Position numbers and translations under genes: made by a program. Source: a virus. From it: a DNA stretch of 64,000 nucleotides. The notes beneath the pieces are model-generated. The model saw nothing but the letters and a program-made list of their open reading frames with translations, had not been told where the DNA came from and ran no database searches. This document shows, piece after piece, positions 10,732-20,026 of the stretch. The stretch lies in the IMG/VR virus record IMGVR_UViG_3300027749_000038. One strand, 5' to 3'. The stretch's first letter is position 1. The number at the start of each line of letters is the position of its first letter.

Positions 10732-11440
10732 ATATATTATTTCTCCCTTGAGTGTTATGACTATCCATTGCTTCGTGTTTAAAACAATTGGGATTTACAA
10801 AATCAAATTGAATATTTCTTAAAAAACAATATACACTTAAATATCTCTCTAAATTGTGTCCTGACATTTTATCATTTTTTAAATATTTTAAAAAATCAAT
10901 TGTCATTTCATCATTAAAAAAATCTACTAAAAAATTTCTTTCAAAAACCATATTATTAGTAGCCATCCAATTGTTATTGTTACCTTTAATAGAACGATAA
11001 CCTCTTTCTTTTAGAAAAGAAACCATTAAACTATTAAATATGCTATTATCTAAGAAACAAGAATGTAATTCAAACGCATGAAATCCATATACTTTTTTAT
11101 CTCCTTCAAATATATTAAAGATCATGGTTTCTAAACTCAATGGTTCTGTAATGTTGGTATCATATTCGAGAAAATAAATGTATTTAAATTGTTTTGCAAT
11201 TAAATTTAAATTTTTGGCAACTGCATACCACCCAGTATATGCTAAATAATTTTTATTATCTTCTATATTATCTATTAAACGATCACATTGGATAATTTTC
11301 TCAGAAGTATAATCTTCATTATGGATGCCTACTAAAATATAAACATAATTTTTAAGATCTTTGTATCTCTGTGAAGATTCAAATAACTCTATAATTTGTT
11401 TACTATGAACAACTATAGCAAAAATGATATTATCTTGCAT
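10694..11440 (-). CDS. Hypothetical protein, possibly glycosyltransferase-like, 248 aa
   Basis: Open frame inside the GT island; YTGWYA, FLEYD and H.LERY motifs are only suggestive. Confidence 0.4.
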   Translation of the reverse strand: MQDNIIFAIVVHSKQIIELFESSQRYKDLKNYVYILVGIHNEDYTSEKIIQCDRLIDNIEDNKNYLAYTGWYAVAKNLNLIAKQFKYIYFLEYDTNITEPLSLETMIFNIFEGDKKVYGFHAFELHSCFLDNSIFNSLMVSFLKERGYRSIKGNNNNWMATNNMVFERNFLVDFFNDEMTIDFLKYLKNDKMSGHNLERYLSVYCFLRNIQFDFVNPNCFKHEAMDSHNTQGRNNIYEGFKTVNKISD

Positions 11441-12161
11441 TTATTTTAATATCTTTATAACTCGGAATTTCCGTCTGGTATATACGTTCAATAAATTGAC
11501 CATATTTTAACATTTCCGAATTGTTGTGAGTGGCTGTTGGATCAATATCAATATTTCCATCTAAATTTCCAAATTTTTTAGTTCTCCAAGACATTCCTTC
11601 ATAATGTTTAAAATAAATGTCTTCTAATTTAGCATTACCCACCTTTAAACCAGCCTTTCTGATATCTTCAAAGAAACTAGCCCCTACATCATAAATCTTT
11701 GGTGAGGTTCTGTCTGAAAGCCTAATATGGTCATGAAATTTAATATTGTGTTGATTAATGTGTTTAACATTAATCAAACAATGCCACGGATGTACTCTGT
11801 TGTATAAAGACTTACCTCCGCGACTTCCACACACTTCACCAAAAAGAGTTAAGTCCATATTAACAAATTGATCAAATATATCTTGATGGTTTTTAAGAAA
11901 GACAATATCTGTGTCCACAAGCAACATATAGTCTGTAGAGCATTTATCTAAAAGAATATCTACAGAAGGGGAATGTAATCCTTTCTGATTTCTAATAAAC
12001 GGAACATTTTCTTTAACTAAAAGATCTGCAGTTTCTTCTTCAGAAGAATTTTCACATATCAATACTTTAGTGTCTCCATGATACTTAAAAAAAGACCTTA
12101 ACATGGTTAAGGTTACTTCTGGAGTGTTATAAGAACATGATGCTAGGGTTAGATTTTCCAT
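11430..12161 (-). CDS. GT2-like glycosyltransferase, 243 aa
   Basis: SCSYNTPE, ICENSS, LLVDTDIVF (DxD), YDVGA. Confidence 0.7.
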   Translation of the reverse strand: MENLTLASCSYNTPEVTLTMLRSFFKYHGDTKVLICENSSEEETADLLVKENVPFIRNQKGLHSPSVDILLDKCSTDYMLLVDTDIVFLKNHQDIFDQFVNMDLTLFGEVCGSRGGKSLYNRVHPWHCLINVKHINQHNIKFHDHIRLSDRTSPKIYDVGASFFEDIRKAGLKVGNAKLEDIYFKHYEGMSWRTKKFGNLDGNIDIDPTATHNNSEMLKYGQFIERIYQTEIPSYKDIKINAR

Positions 12162-12940
12162 AATTTATAAATTTCTTTGAGATTTAATTTAATTTCTTCT
12201 AGATTACTTTGTGGAATTTGTAATAAATCTACTTTATGTTTTTCATAAAAATATTGAAGAGATTTTATCACCGTGTTATGATGATTATAATGAGATGATA
12301 TAGTACTAGATTCTTGAGTCCACGGTATGTCCGTCAGAAAATCATTAGCATTTGGTAGGTCTGCAAACCACCAGAATGAAGGATGCATTTTATTTTGAAT
12401 GATTCTGTAGGTATGCTCTAAATGTTCGGTGGCGTTGTAAAATTTTTCGTCCATTAATCCTACTTTTTCCAAACACTCTTTAGTATAAAAACTAAAAGCT
12501 CCTACACAGTGAGGATACAGAGCTACTTTACTATTTTTATATTGAATAACTGTTTTTGGTGAAGGGGTATCGGAACCTGGATACTTGTTCATTAAACCAT
12601 GCTGACTATAATTAAAATGATGTATACCGGTATCTACATGCATTTTGATATACTGTTCAAATACTGCAGGATCTTTAATGATTATATCATCTTCCATCAA
12701 AAAGAAGTAATCACATTTTTGTTCTAATAAGAATTTTAAGGCACTATTTTTTGATATACCCACACCTTTGTTAACTGGATGTTGAATGTGATTATATATA
12801 TGATGAATGTCTTCATAAGGAGTGCCATCATTTACCACAACCACTTCTATACCTGAATCTTTTAAAGGTACACTATTAATTACTTTTAAAAAGTAATCTG
12901 GTCTTTTATAGGTTGTTAAACCTAATCCAATTTTTTTCAT
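12149..12940 (-). CDS. GT2 glycosyltransferase, 263 aa
   Basis: GLTTYKRP, VVNDGT, NKGVGISKNSAL, FLMEDD, VGLMDEKF...EHLE. Confidence 0.85.
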   Translation of the reverse strand: MKKIGLGLTTYKRPDYFLKVINSVPLKDSGIEVVVVNDGTPYEDIHHIYNHIQHPVNKGVGISKNSALKFLLEQKCDYFFLMEDDIIIKDPAVFEQYIKMHVDTGIHHFNYSQHGLMNKYPGSDTPSPKTVIQYKNSKVALYPHCVGAFSFYTKECLEKVGLMDEKFYNATEHLEHTYRIIQNKMHPSFWWFADLPNANDFLTDIPWTQESSTISSHYNHHNTVIKSLQYFYEKHKVDLLQIPQSNLEEIKLNLKEIYKLWKI

Positions 12941-13695
12941 TATAAAGGTTTTGAATATTTTTGTTGAAGAGTTTCTACAATATTAAAAAGTTCATCCTGG
13001 CTTCTATTAGGAAATTCCTTGGGATCAGGAATAAATTTATGCAAATGATAAAACATTCCATAACTCATATTGGTTATTTTTTGTTCATCTGAAAATTTAA
13101 TTTTTAAAACCTCTTCTTCCATAACATACAAACCATAATTAACACTTGGGGCGTGTGGCATTGGAGTACATACACCAAGTTTATGACATCTGATAATATA
13201 ATCTAAAACATCTAAAGATTCATTACTAGGTATTTGTTCATTAAAAAACCCAACATTTTTAATAATTCCAGAATGTAGAAAAATAAAATCTGGATTCATT
13301 GTATAACCAAGATCTAAAGAAATTTTATGATTGTCTTCCTCCAACGATATAACTTTCTTGTTAGGGCCAAACATAACCCAGGTACCAAAGACCGAAGCGG
13401 TTTTAATTACATGTTCAAAAAAATCTTCTTTGATACAAATTAAATTTGAATTAATAATGAAAAAATAATTTTTATTACCTTTACTCCTTTCTGATGTAAG
13501 AAAAATATTTCTCATAGAAGCCAAGGAAACGGCTCTGCTAAATTTAATACTTTTAATGTTATTGGGAATTTTATTTTCTGTGTTAGAAATAACTACAATA
13601 TTTTCTTTTAAAGAATTAGGAATTGCTTCCAGACATTTATTGAGGGTCTCTTGGGAATATATGTCTATAATTCCAACTGAAATTTTTTCATTCAT
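12940..13695 (-). CDS. Divergent GT2-like protein, 251 aa
   Basis: N-terminus resembles the neighbouring GT2 (ISVGII...CL..IP...VVIS...LASMRN..L; VGFFNEQ) but lacks a clear DxD. Confidence 0.4.
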   Translation of the reverse strand: MNEKISVGIIDIYSQETLNKCLEAIPNSLKENIVVISNTENKIPNNIKSIKFSRAVSLASMRNIFLTSERSKGNKNYFFIINSNLICIKEDFFEHVIKTASVFGTWVMFGPNKKVISLEEDNHKISLDLGYTMNPDFIFLHSGIIKNVGFFNEQIPSNESLDVLDYIIRCHKLGVCTPMPHAPSVNYGLYVMEEEVLKIKFSDEQKITNMSYGMFYHLHKFIPDPKEFPNRSQDELFNIVETLQQKYSKPL

Positions 13696-14756
13696 GCTGT
13701 TAATTTGGTGTAAAGATCTGAAAGATAACTAATAGTATCTTCTTTATTTGAGGTTTCTAGAGTGTTTACAAAATCTTGTAAACTTTTTGGAATATCTATA
13801 CTATTATAATTTAATTCTCCTTCTGTGGAAGATAAATTATTATCTACGGTTTGATAATCAATTCTAAAAAATTTAGGTTTAAGACTTTGTAATTTGGATG
13901 CTAATAAAGAAATTTTCTCAGAAGCATGTTTGGTATCAATTACGAAGCTAATCATATTATTAGGAATAATATTTTTTAAATGTTGGCTGGTTAAAGTTTT
14001 GTCCAAGATTTTTTGTAAAGAAACTTTCCAATGTTGTGGTGAGATATTATTAACTATAAATTCAAATTCATTGGTTTTTAAATCAAAAATATAAATTCCT
14101 CTTTCAGACCCAGAGTCGGCAAAATTTTGTTGGTAAGGACTGCCAAGATACAATACGTCCCCTCTTTCATATTTTCGATGATCTTTGTGATGAAAATGGC
14201 CAGATACAATATATGGAGACCTGTCTAAGAGATCTGAAGAATTTACCCCGTGATCACAAATTTTTTGAACATTCATTTTAAATGAATTAATTTCAAAGTG
14301 TCCAACACAAATATCTGTTTCTGGTATATTTTCTACCTTTATACCCCAAGGTATTAAGGATAAAGTTTTATTTACTGGGGTGTCAAATACCACGGGTTCT
14401 TCATCAACCAAAGTAATGTTGGTCCATCCCTTAAGAATTGAAATGGAATTTATATCTGATGAATTTTTAAAATGGCAATCATGATTTCCAGTGGAAATAT
14501 ATAAATTAAAATCTTTAAAAATTTGAAAAAAGGCTGCTGCAGTTGCTAATGTGTTAACAGAAATTTCACTTCTATTGTGAAAGATGTCGCCTGGAATTAT
14601 AATTTCTGTAATATCTCTTTTTTCATAGATATTTTTAGCCCATTCAGCAAATTTTAAAATATTTTCTTGCCAGATAACACTATCTCTCCCCAGACCCATA
14701 TGGATATCAGAGAAAAAACCTATATTTCTTGATTTAATTTTTTTTCTAATAGACAT
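13692..14756 (-). CDS. gp47: Recombination endonuclease nuclease subunit gp47 (Mre11/SbcD-like)
   Basis: Metallophosphoesterase motifs SDIH, GDIFH, GNHD, GHF, SGHFH, YLGSP. Confidence 0.93.
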   Translation of the reverse strand: MSIRKKIKSRNIGFFSDIHMGLGRDSVIWQENILKFAEWAKNIYEKRDITEIIIPGDIFHNRSEISVNTLATAAAFFQIFKDFNLYISTGNHDCHFKNSSDINSISILKGWTNITLVDEEPVVFDTPVNKTLSLIPWGIKVENIPETDICVGHFEINSFKMNVQKICDHGVNSSDLLDRSPYIVSGHFHHKDHRKYERGDVLYLGSPYQQNFADSGSERGIYIFDLKTNEFEFIVNNISPQHWKVSLQKILDKTLTSQHLKNIIPNNMISFVIDTKHASEKISLLASKLQSLKPKFFRIDYQTVDNNLSSTEGELNYNSIDIPKSLQDFVNTLETSNKEDTISYLSDLYTKLTA

Positions 14757-15387
14757 CGCGATCTTTCTGAATACGTAATTGATTATTCTTTACAATAGTA
14801 TTATAATTTTCCGAGAAAAGCAAAAGATTTTCTTGGTATTTTTCGTGTGTATCTCTTAAGTGTTTTTCTTTTTTAATTCGATTACGAAAAGCATTGAATG
14901 CAACTCTGGTAAAATATGAAAACGGATTAGATCCTTTCTCTCTATCATATTTTTGAGAAGTTAATGCCTTAAACATTCTGATGATACCATCACCTACCAT
15001 TTCTTCTCTAAATGTATAATTGATAAAGTTGGGGGCATAACTTAATTTATTTGCAATTTTACTAACCATTAAAGCCAAATTATCTGACATGTTGCCGGTT
15101 TTATAATAAACTGCTATTTCTTCATCAAATTCTTGAGGATTTACATAAAATTTTTCTTTATCTGCTTTTTTCTTGGCGTATGTAGGTTTAACTTCAATTT
15201 CCTCTTCTTCTTCATCATCTTCCTCATCTTTAATTTCAAACAAATCTTCATCTTCTTCATCATCATTTTCTGCTTTTGGATTTGTTGAAGAAAATCCTAA
15301 CATTTCTGCTTCTTCTTCTGTATAGATGATATTTTCAAAATCATCTTCTTTTCTTTTACGCGGAGATTTCTTTTTCGGAGTATTCAT
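14746..15387 (-). CDS. gp55: Late-transcription sigma factor gp55 with acidic N-terminal extension
   Basis: YVN...NFINYTFREEMVGDG...YD...SNPFSYFTRVAFNAFRNRIKKEK matches the gp55 family pattern; next to gp47. Confidence 0.88.
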   Translation of the reverse strand: MNTPKKKSPRKRKEDDFENIIYTEEEAEMLGFSSTNPKAENDDEEDEDLFEIKDEEDDEEEEEIEVKPTYAKKKADKEKFYVNPQEFDEEIAVYYKTGNMSDNLALMVSKIANKLSYAPNFINYTFREEMVGDGIIRMFKALTSQKYDREKGSNPFSYFTRVAFNAFRNRIKKEKHLRDTHEKYQENLLLFSENYNTIVKNNQLRIQKDRDVY

Positions 15388-16795
15388 ATTTTTCTAAAGT
15401 GTACATTTTTTTTCTTGCTTCTAGGTGTTTTTTACCATATCTAGTATTATCTGCTATATCAAATATAGAAGCAAGAGTCTTGGTCGGGTGTAATCGTAAT
15501 ACCCGACCAATAGATTGCATAATTTTAATTTTAGCTTTTCCTATGGAAGCAAAAATTATATTATGAAGATTGGGAATGTTGATTCCTGTGCTAAAAATTT
15601 TAGAGATAGCTACTACAATCACATCATGCCTGTCTTCCATCAAAGAGCGAATCTTTTCTCTCTCTTCCATTTCAGTAGAACCTTGAATAAAATATACAGG
15701 TCTCCTAGGTATTTCTCTTAAAATGTACATTTGGTCCAAGAGTCTGTATAGAGTTTCTCCATGTTCAATACGATCCACCATTATTAAGGTATTTTCTTGC
15801 AACCTCATTGCTAAATTTACAATAATTTCATTGCGTCTAAAATTAGAAAATAAAAATTCCATTTCTTGACGATAGGCCTCGGCTGGTTCTTGTATATCTA
15901 TATCAAAAATTGGAGGGTTGTTATGTTTAATATTTAAAATAATAATTTTAAAATTAGATACATATGACTGTTCTTTTAAAGAATGTGTCTTCTCTTCGTA
16001 TACGATGGGTCCAAATTCACCTATGATATTCCATTCATCAATTTTAGTAGAAGGAAGAGTTCCTGTAAATCCAAAACGATGATTAGTGTTTACAAATTTT
16101 AATATATCATTGATACAATTACCCCTTTTGGTTTGATGTACCTCATCCATCAACAATAATTCCACATCTGCTAATACAGAAAGATCTGACTTCTCTGACA
16201 TTAATATCTGAGACCCAGCCACTGTAATAAGAGCTTCAGGGTTATATGGAGATCCACCACACCACTTATGTACTCCAGTCAGTCCGTAAGAAATAAAATC
16301 TTCTGCAGTTTGCTCTACTAATTGGATAGAGGGTACTATTACTAGGATTTTATTAATATTTTTTTCTTTTTGAATAAAACTTTTAATCAAACCAGCCATG
16401 ATTAGTGTTTTTCCGCCAGCGGTTGGAATAACAACAACACCTCTGCCGTGTTGTAAAGCCCTAAAGATAGACTTCTCTTGATAATCCCTATATGTCTTGT
16501 TGAGACAAACTACTTCCGGTGAATCTATAAGAGGATTATATTTGATTAATAATTCCTTTTGAACTTCACACTTAATATGATTGGAATAACAATACTTCAA
16601 TATTAAACCCACCAAACCAATTTTAAATTTACCCTGAGGAGTTATACTATATATTCTTGAAGAAGCATATGGAGCTCTTTTATAAGATGGATTGGGTACT
16701 GAAAAATATTCTCTGATTAAATTAATATAGGAAATATCTCCTTTAATTTGAGCTCCCTTGCCATTGACAGATAAAATTAACTCCACAGTGTTCAT
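15356..16795 (-). CDS. uvsW: SF2 RNA-DNA/DNA-DNA helicase UvsW
   Basis: RDYQ, PTAGGKT, DEVH, GFTGT, FSTGINIPNL, QSIGRVLR; adjacent to uvsY. Confidence 0.9.
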   Translation of the reverse strand: MNTVELILSVNGKGAQIKGDISYINLIREYFSVPNPSYKRAPYASSRIYSITPQGKFKIGLVGLILKYCYSNHIKCEVQKELLIKYNPLIDSPEVVCLNKTYRDYQEKSIFRALQHGRGVVVIPTAGGKTLIMAGLIKSFIQKEKNINKILVIVPSIQLVEQTAEDFISYGLTGVHKWCGGSPYNPEALITVAGSQILMSEKSDLSVLADVELLLMDEVHQTKRGNCINDILKFVNTNHRFGFTGTLPSTKIDEWNIIGEFGPIVYEEKTHSLKEQSYVSNFKIIILNIKHNNPPIFDIDIQEPAEAYRQEMEFLFSNFRRNEIIVNLAMRLQENTLIMVDRIEHGETLYRLLDQMYILREIPRRPVYFIQGSTEMEEREKIRSLMEDRHDVIVVAISKIFSTGINIPNLHNIIFASIGKAKIKIMQSIGRVLRLHPTKTLASIFDIADNTRYGKKHLEARKKMYTLEKYEYSEKEISA

Positions 16796-17196
16796 TAGGT
16801 AGTTTCTAATTTAGTTATTTCTGTAATATTACGCATATCATAGGTCATAGATCTAAGAATGGTTTCTACCTTTTCTAGATATTCTATAATCAACTCTGTG
16901 TCTTCAATATCTTGAATAATATTTTGAACAGAATCTGAAGATTCTATTTTTTTCTCTAAAGTAGTTTTAGAAAGTCCTGGAGGAATTGCATTTTGACTTT
17001 CAAGAGAAGCTAAAACTGCTACATAAGTTAATTTTTTCTTTTTATTCAAAGAATTTAGATGTCTCTTGGCAAATATTAAACGAGCTACCCATTTGTGTTT
17101 AATACCAGGGAGCATTAATTGTTTTTGAAGAAGATTGATTTCATCAATACGGGTATCTTCTTTTAATTCGGTATTGTATTTGTCTAGATCCCACAT
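16795..17196 (-). CDS. uvsY: Recombination mediator UvsY-like, 133 aa
   Basis: Helical protein of UvsY size with D..ID...L......LP..KHKW pattern, directly upstream of uvsW as in T4-like phages. Confidence 0.7.
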   Translation of the reverse strand: MWDLDKYNTELKEDTRIDEINLLQKQLMLPGIKHKWVARLIFAKRHLNSLNKKKKLTYVAVLASLESQNAIPPGLSKTTLEKKIESSDSVQNIIQDIEDTELIIEYLEKVETILRSMTYDMRNITEITKLETT

Positions 17197-17218
17197 AAAT
17201 AAATAAGTATTATCTATT

Positions 17219-17431
17219 ATGAATTTAAATTTTCAACCATTGGTTACAAAAATATTAGAAGATATGAATGTTGCTGGTACTCCTGGAGCTTTTGGTAATA
17301 CTGGAAATTTAATGACAGATCCAGATGTTAAAACGGCCATGGCTATTACTGGAGGAGGTGTAAAACGTTCTAAGAAGAAAAAATTGCCTAAGGTTTTTAA
17401 AAGAAATTTTCCCAAAACTGGAGGTTTGTAA
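17219..17431 (+). CDS. Small hypothetical late protein, 70 aa
   Basis: TAAGTA motif 9 nt upstream; stop overlaps the next start (TAATG). Confidence 0.6.
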   Translation: MNLNFQPLVTKILEDMNVAGTPGAFGNTGNLMTDPDVKTAMAITGGGVKRSKKKKLPKVFKRNFPKTGGL

Positions 17432-17868
17432 TGGATACTGGTCATTGGAACATAGTACCTGGAGTTATTTTAACAGAAGAAACTTTTGGGTTTATATATG
17501 AAATAACCAACAAAATAGAAAATAAAATTTATATTGGTAAAAAACAATGCATGTCCAAACGAAGGCTTAAACCTCTTAAAGGCAAACTTCGGAAAAGATT
17601 AACCATTAAAGAATCTGACTGGAAAACCTATACAAGTTCTTCAGAAAAATTAAATGCAGATATAGAACGTTTGGGTAAAGAAAATTTTAATTTTCTTATT
17701 TTAAAAACCTGTACCTGTAAATGGGAAATGGCTTATTATGAGATAGAAACCCAAATATTAAGAGGGGCTATGTTTAGAGAAGATTATTATAACGGAATAA
17801 TCAATGTACGTATAGGAAAAGCACCTAAAAATTTAATAAAAAAAGAAGTTAATTATAATTATGTATAA
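17431..17868 (+). CDS. GIY-YIG family endonuclease (T4-like endonuclease II/Seg-like)
   Basis: GFIYEITNKIENKIYIGKK, DWKTYTSSS, F.F.IL..C, YYEIE.Q, YYN. Confidence 0.75.
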   Translation: MDTGHWNIVPGVILTEETFGFIYEITNKIENKIYIGKKQCMSKRRLKPLKGKLRKRLTIKESDWKTYTSSSEKLNADIERLGKENFNFLILKTCTCKWEMAYYEIETQILRGAMFREDYYNGIINVRIGKAPKNLIKKEVNYNYV

Positions 17869-18391
17869 ATCTCACTGCATTTACTGTGAATCAGAATATT
17901 TTGGTTTGGGTTGCTTGTATTCTCCTACACATACTCACGTACATATGTCTCCTACTGGGTGTATGTACTGTGGAAATACTTCTTTAGGGGGCGGATGTAT
18001 TTATAATCCATACGGATCAATACATGTAAGAGGACCTGAATTTTTAAATAAAACCAGCACCCAAGCAGAAAGTACAGTGTTGTTAAATTATCTAATAAGT
18101 AAAATTAAAGAACCGACTACAAAAGAAGGTTATAAATCTCCCTTAGATAGATTTTACAAAAGATTGGTGGGAATCATATCACATAGCAGTGAACCCTTGT
18201 TAGAAACTTTAATTTTACAAGAATCTTCTAATATAAAAGAAAAAACAAAAGAAAATTTCTTAGAATCTTATAATTTTAAGAAAAATTTACAAGCTAAACT
18301 AGAACAGGTAGAAGACCTTATAAAAGAAGCTTCTTTAATTTTACCCCCAGAAATGGTTGAGGAAGCTATAATTGACGCTATAATAGAGTAA
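17861..18391 (+). CDS. Hypothetical protein with two Cys/His (zinc-finger-like) repeats
   Basis: CIYC-x6-GCLYSP..H.H and CMYC-x6-GCIYNP...H in the N-terminal 60 aa. Confidence 0.6.
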   Translation: MYKSHCIYCESEYFGLGCLYSPTHTHVHMSPTGCMYCGNTSLGGGCIYNPYGSIHVRGPEFLNKTSTQAESTVLLNYLISKIKEPTTKEGYKSPLDRFYKRLVGIISHSSEPLLETLILQESSNIKEKTKENFLESYNFKKNLQAKLEQVEDLIKEASLILPPEMVEEAIIDAIIE

Positions 18392-18876
18392 TGACGGTAA
18401 AGGAATCATTAATAGTCTTTCTTCCACAAAGAGTTATAATTTTTCCTTTTTACAAATTTGGTAATGAATTTTTATTTAAAATATTTAAAAATTTACAAGA
18501 ATGGGATCTTTTAAAGAATAAAAAAATTACTGGAAAGGAAAAATATTTTAAATATTTTGTTGAAAAAGAAATTTCTTCTATTATTAATGATATTACAATT
18601 ATTTTTAAACAGTTAAACATAAAAATTTTTACCTTACAAAAAGATTTTATAATAGATAGTAATTTATTAAACCTTATAGAAGATAAAGATATTTTAATCA
18701 AACATATAAATAAAATTTTTTTAAAATTGATGGGAAAAAAATATTTCCATAAAATATCAAATAATTTAAATTTTAATACTTCTAATATTATGTATAAAAA
18801 TTTACATTGCTCAAATTCTACAGGTGAAGAAGTTGAATTTGTGATTAAACTTCTTAAAATAACACAAAATGAGTAA
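18391..18876 (+). CDS. Hypothetical protein, 161 aa
   Basis: Translationally coupled ORF; no recognisable motif. Confidence 0.5.
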   Translation: MTVKESLIVFLPQRVIIFPFYKFGNEFLFKIFKNLQEWDLLKNKKITGKEKYFKYFVEKEISSIINDITIIFKQLNIKIFTLQKDFIIDSNLLNLIEDKDILIKHINKIFLKLMGKKYFHKISNNLNFNTSNIMYKNLHCSNSTGEEVEFVIKLLKITQNE

Positions 18877-19759
18877 CAAGTATGTAATTTTTCACATAGA
18901 TGGTGGAGCTGGTAAAAGTATACTAGCTACAGCTGTTGTGGAGTCTATCAAGAACTTTTACCCTGATAGAAAAATAATAGTAGTTACACCATATCCAGAA
19001 GTATTTTTGCACAATACTTCTATTTACAGAGTGTATAAAAGTGGTTTGTATGCATATTTTTATGATGATTTTGTAAAAGATAAAGATTCTATTATTTTAA
19101 AACATGATCCTTATAATTCTGGAGATTTTATCAATAAATCCAAACATTTAATAGACATTTGGTGTGATACTTTTAATATTCCCAGTGTAACTCTTATTCC
19201 AAAAATATTTTTGACACAGAGGGAGTTATATAATGCAGCAAAAATAATTAATAAACAAGGACCAGTTATGCTTATACACTCCAATGGAGGGGGTGATAAT
19301 CAAGATTATGATTATTCATGGGCTAGAGATTTACCAATTTCTGTAGCTCAAGATATAGTTAATTCTTCCAAAGACAAATTTAATAAAATTTTACATATTC
19401 GCAGAGAAAATCAACCTAAATTAGAAAATGTTACTCAAGTAACAGACAATTTACGCAATTTATTTTGTTATACATTTTTAGCAGATAAATTAATATTGAT
19501 AGATTCAGTTATTCAACACGCAGCTGCGGCTTTTAACAAGAAGGCTGCTGTGGGGTGGATAGCAAATTCACCGAATGTTTTTGGACATCAGTGCCATGTT
19601 AATATCAAACCATCCTCTAAACCTTCTTTTAGGCATATGGTGGACTCATACTTTGAAGATTATGATTGGGTGGGCAGAAGACTTTATGAATGTCCATATG
19701 ATGATCTAGATAACCTTTTTGATAGACAAGAATTTTTAAACTACCTTTCCAATGATTGA
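18869..19759 (+). CDS. Putative GT9/heptosyltransferase-like glycosyltransferase, 296 aa
   Basis: GGAGKSILAT.V...IK...PDRKI.V (like the GT9 GD.I...P motif); LILIDSVIQHAAAAF.K.A.VGW....P..FG (like the GT9 DSG..H.AAA motif). Confidence 0.55.
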   Translation: MSNKYVIFHIDGGAGKSILATAVVESIKNFYPDRKIIVVTPYPEVFLHNTSIYRVYKSGLYAYFYDDFVKDKDSIILKHDPYNSGDFINKSKHLIDIWCDTFNIPSVTLIPKIFLTQRELYNAAKIINKQGPVMLIHSNGGGDNQDYDYSWARDLPISVAQDIVNSSKDKFNKILHIRRENQPKLENVTQVTDNLRNLFCYTFLADKLILIDSVIQHAAAAFNKKAAVGWIANSPNVFGHQCHVNIKPSSKPSFRHMVDSYFEDYDWVGRRLYECPYDDLDNLFDRQEFLNYLSND

Positions 19760-20018
19760 AAATAACCAAGAAGTTTTATTCCAAGTAATACGCATTTTTT
19801 CAGAAAAAGATCAAGAATGGCTTCCAGCCATTAAAGATGCAAATGCTCATGATTTTGATCCAGTCTGGGTCGCAGCCTTAATGTATTTGATACTAGATAG
19901 ATATGTGTCTAATATAGATGATAATGCTCAACAAGATTTTACAGAAAAGGTATACAAAATTTTTGAAGTAATGAAAGAAAATGGTCAACATTATATGGAA
20001 AAACTTAAAGTACAATAA
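19752..20018 (+). CDS. Hypothetical protein, 88 aa
   Basis: Coupled ORF; no motif. Confidence 0.5.
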   Translation: MIENNQEVLFQVIRIFSEKDQEWLPAIKDANAHDFDPVWVAALMYLILDRYVSNIDDNAQQDFTEKVYKIFEVMKENGQHYMEKLKVQ

Positions 20019-20026
20019 GTAATTGT

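Noticed and set aside
17233-17445. Minus-strand 70-aa ORF opposite 17219-17431
   Set aside because: The plus-strand ORF has a late motif and start-stop coupling with the next gene; the minus ORF has no support.
17431-17868. GIY-YIG gene as a mobile homing endonuclease
   Set aside because: It is short (145 aa), has no DNA-binding tail and does not interrupt or flank a conserved target gene; it looks like the conserved T4-like endonuclease II-type gene.
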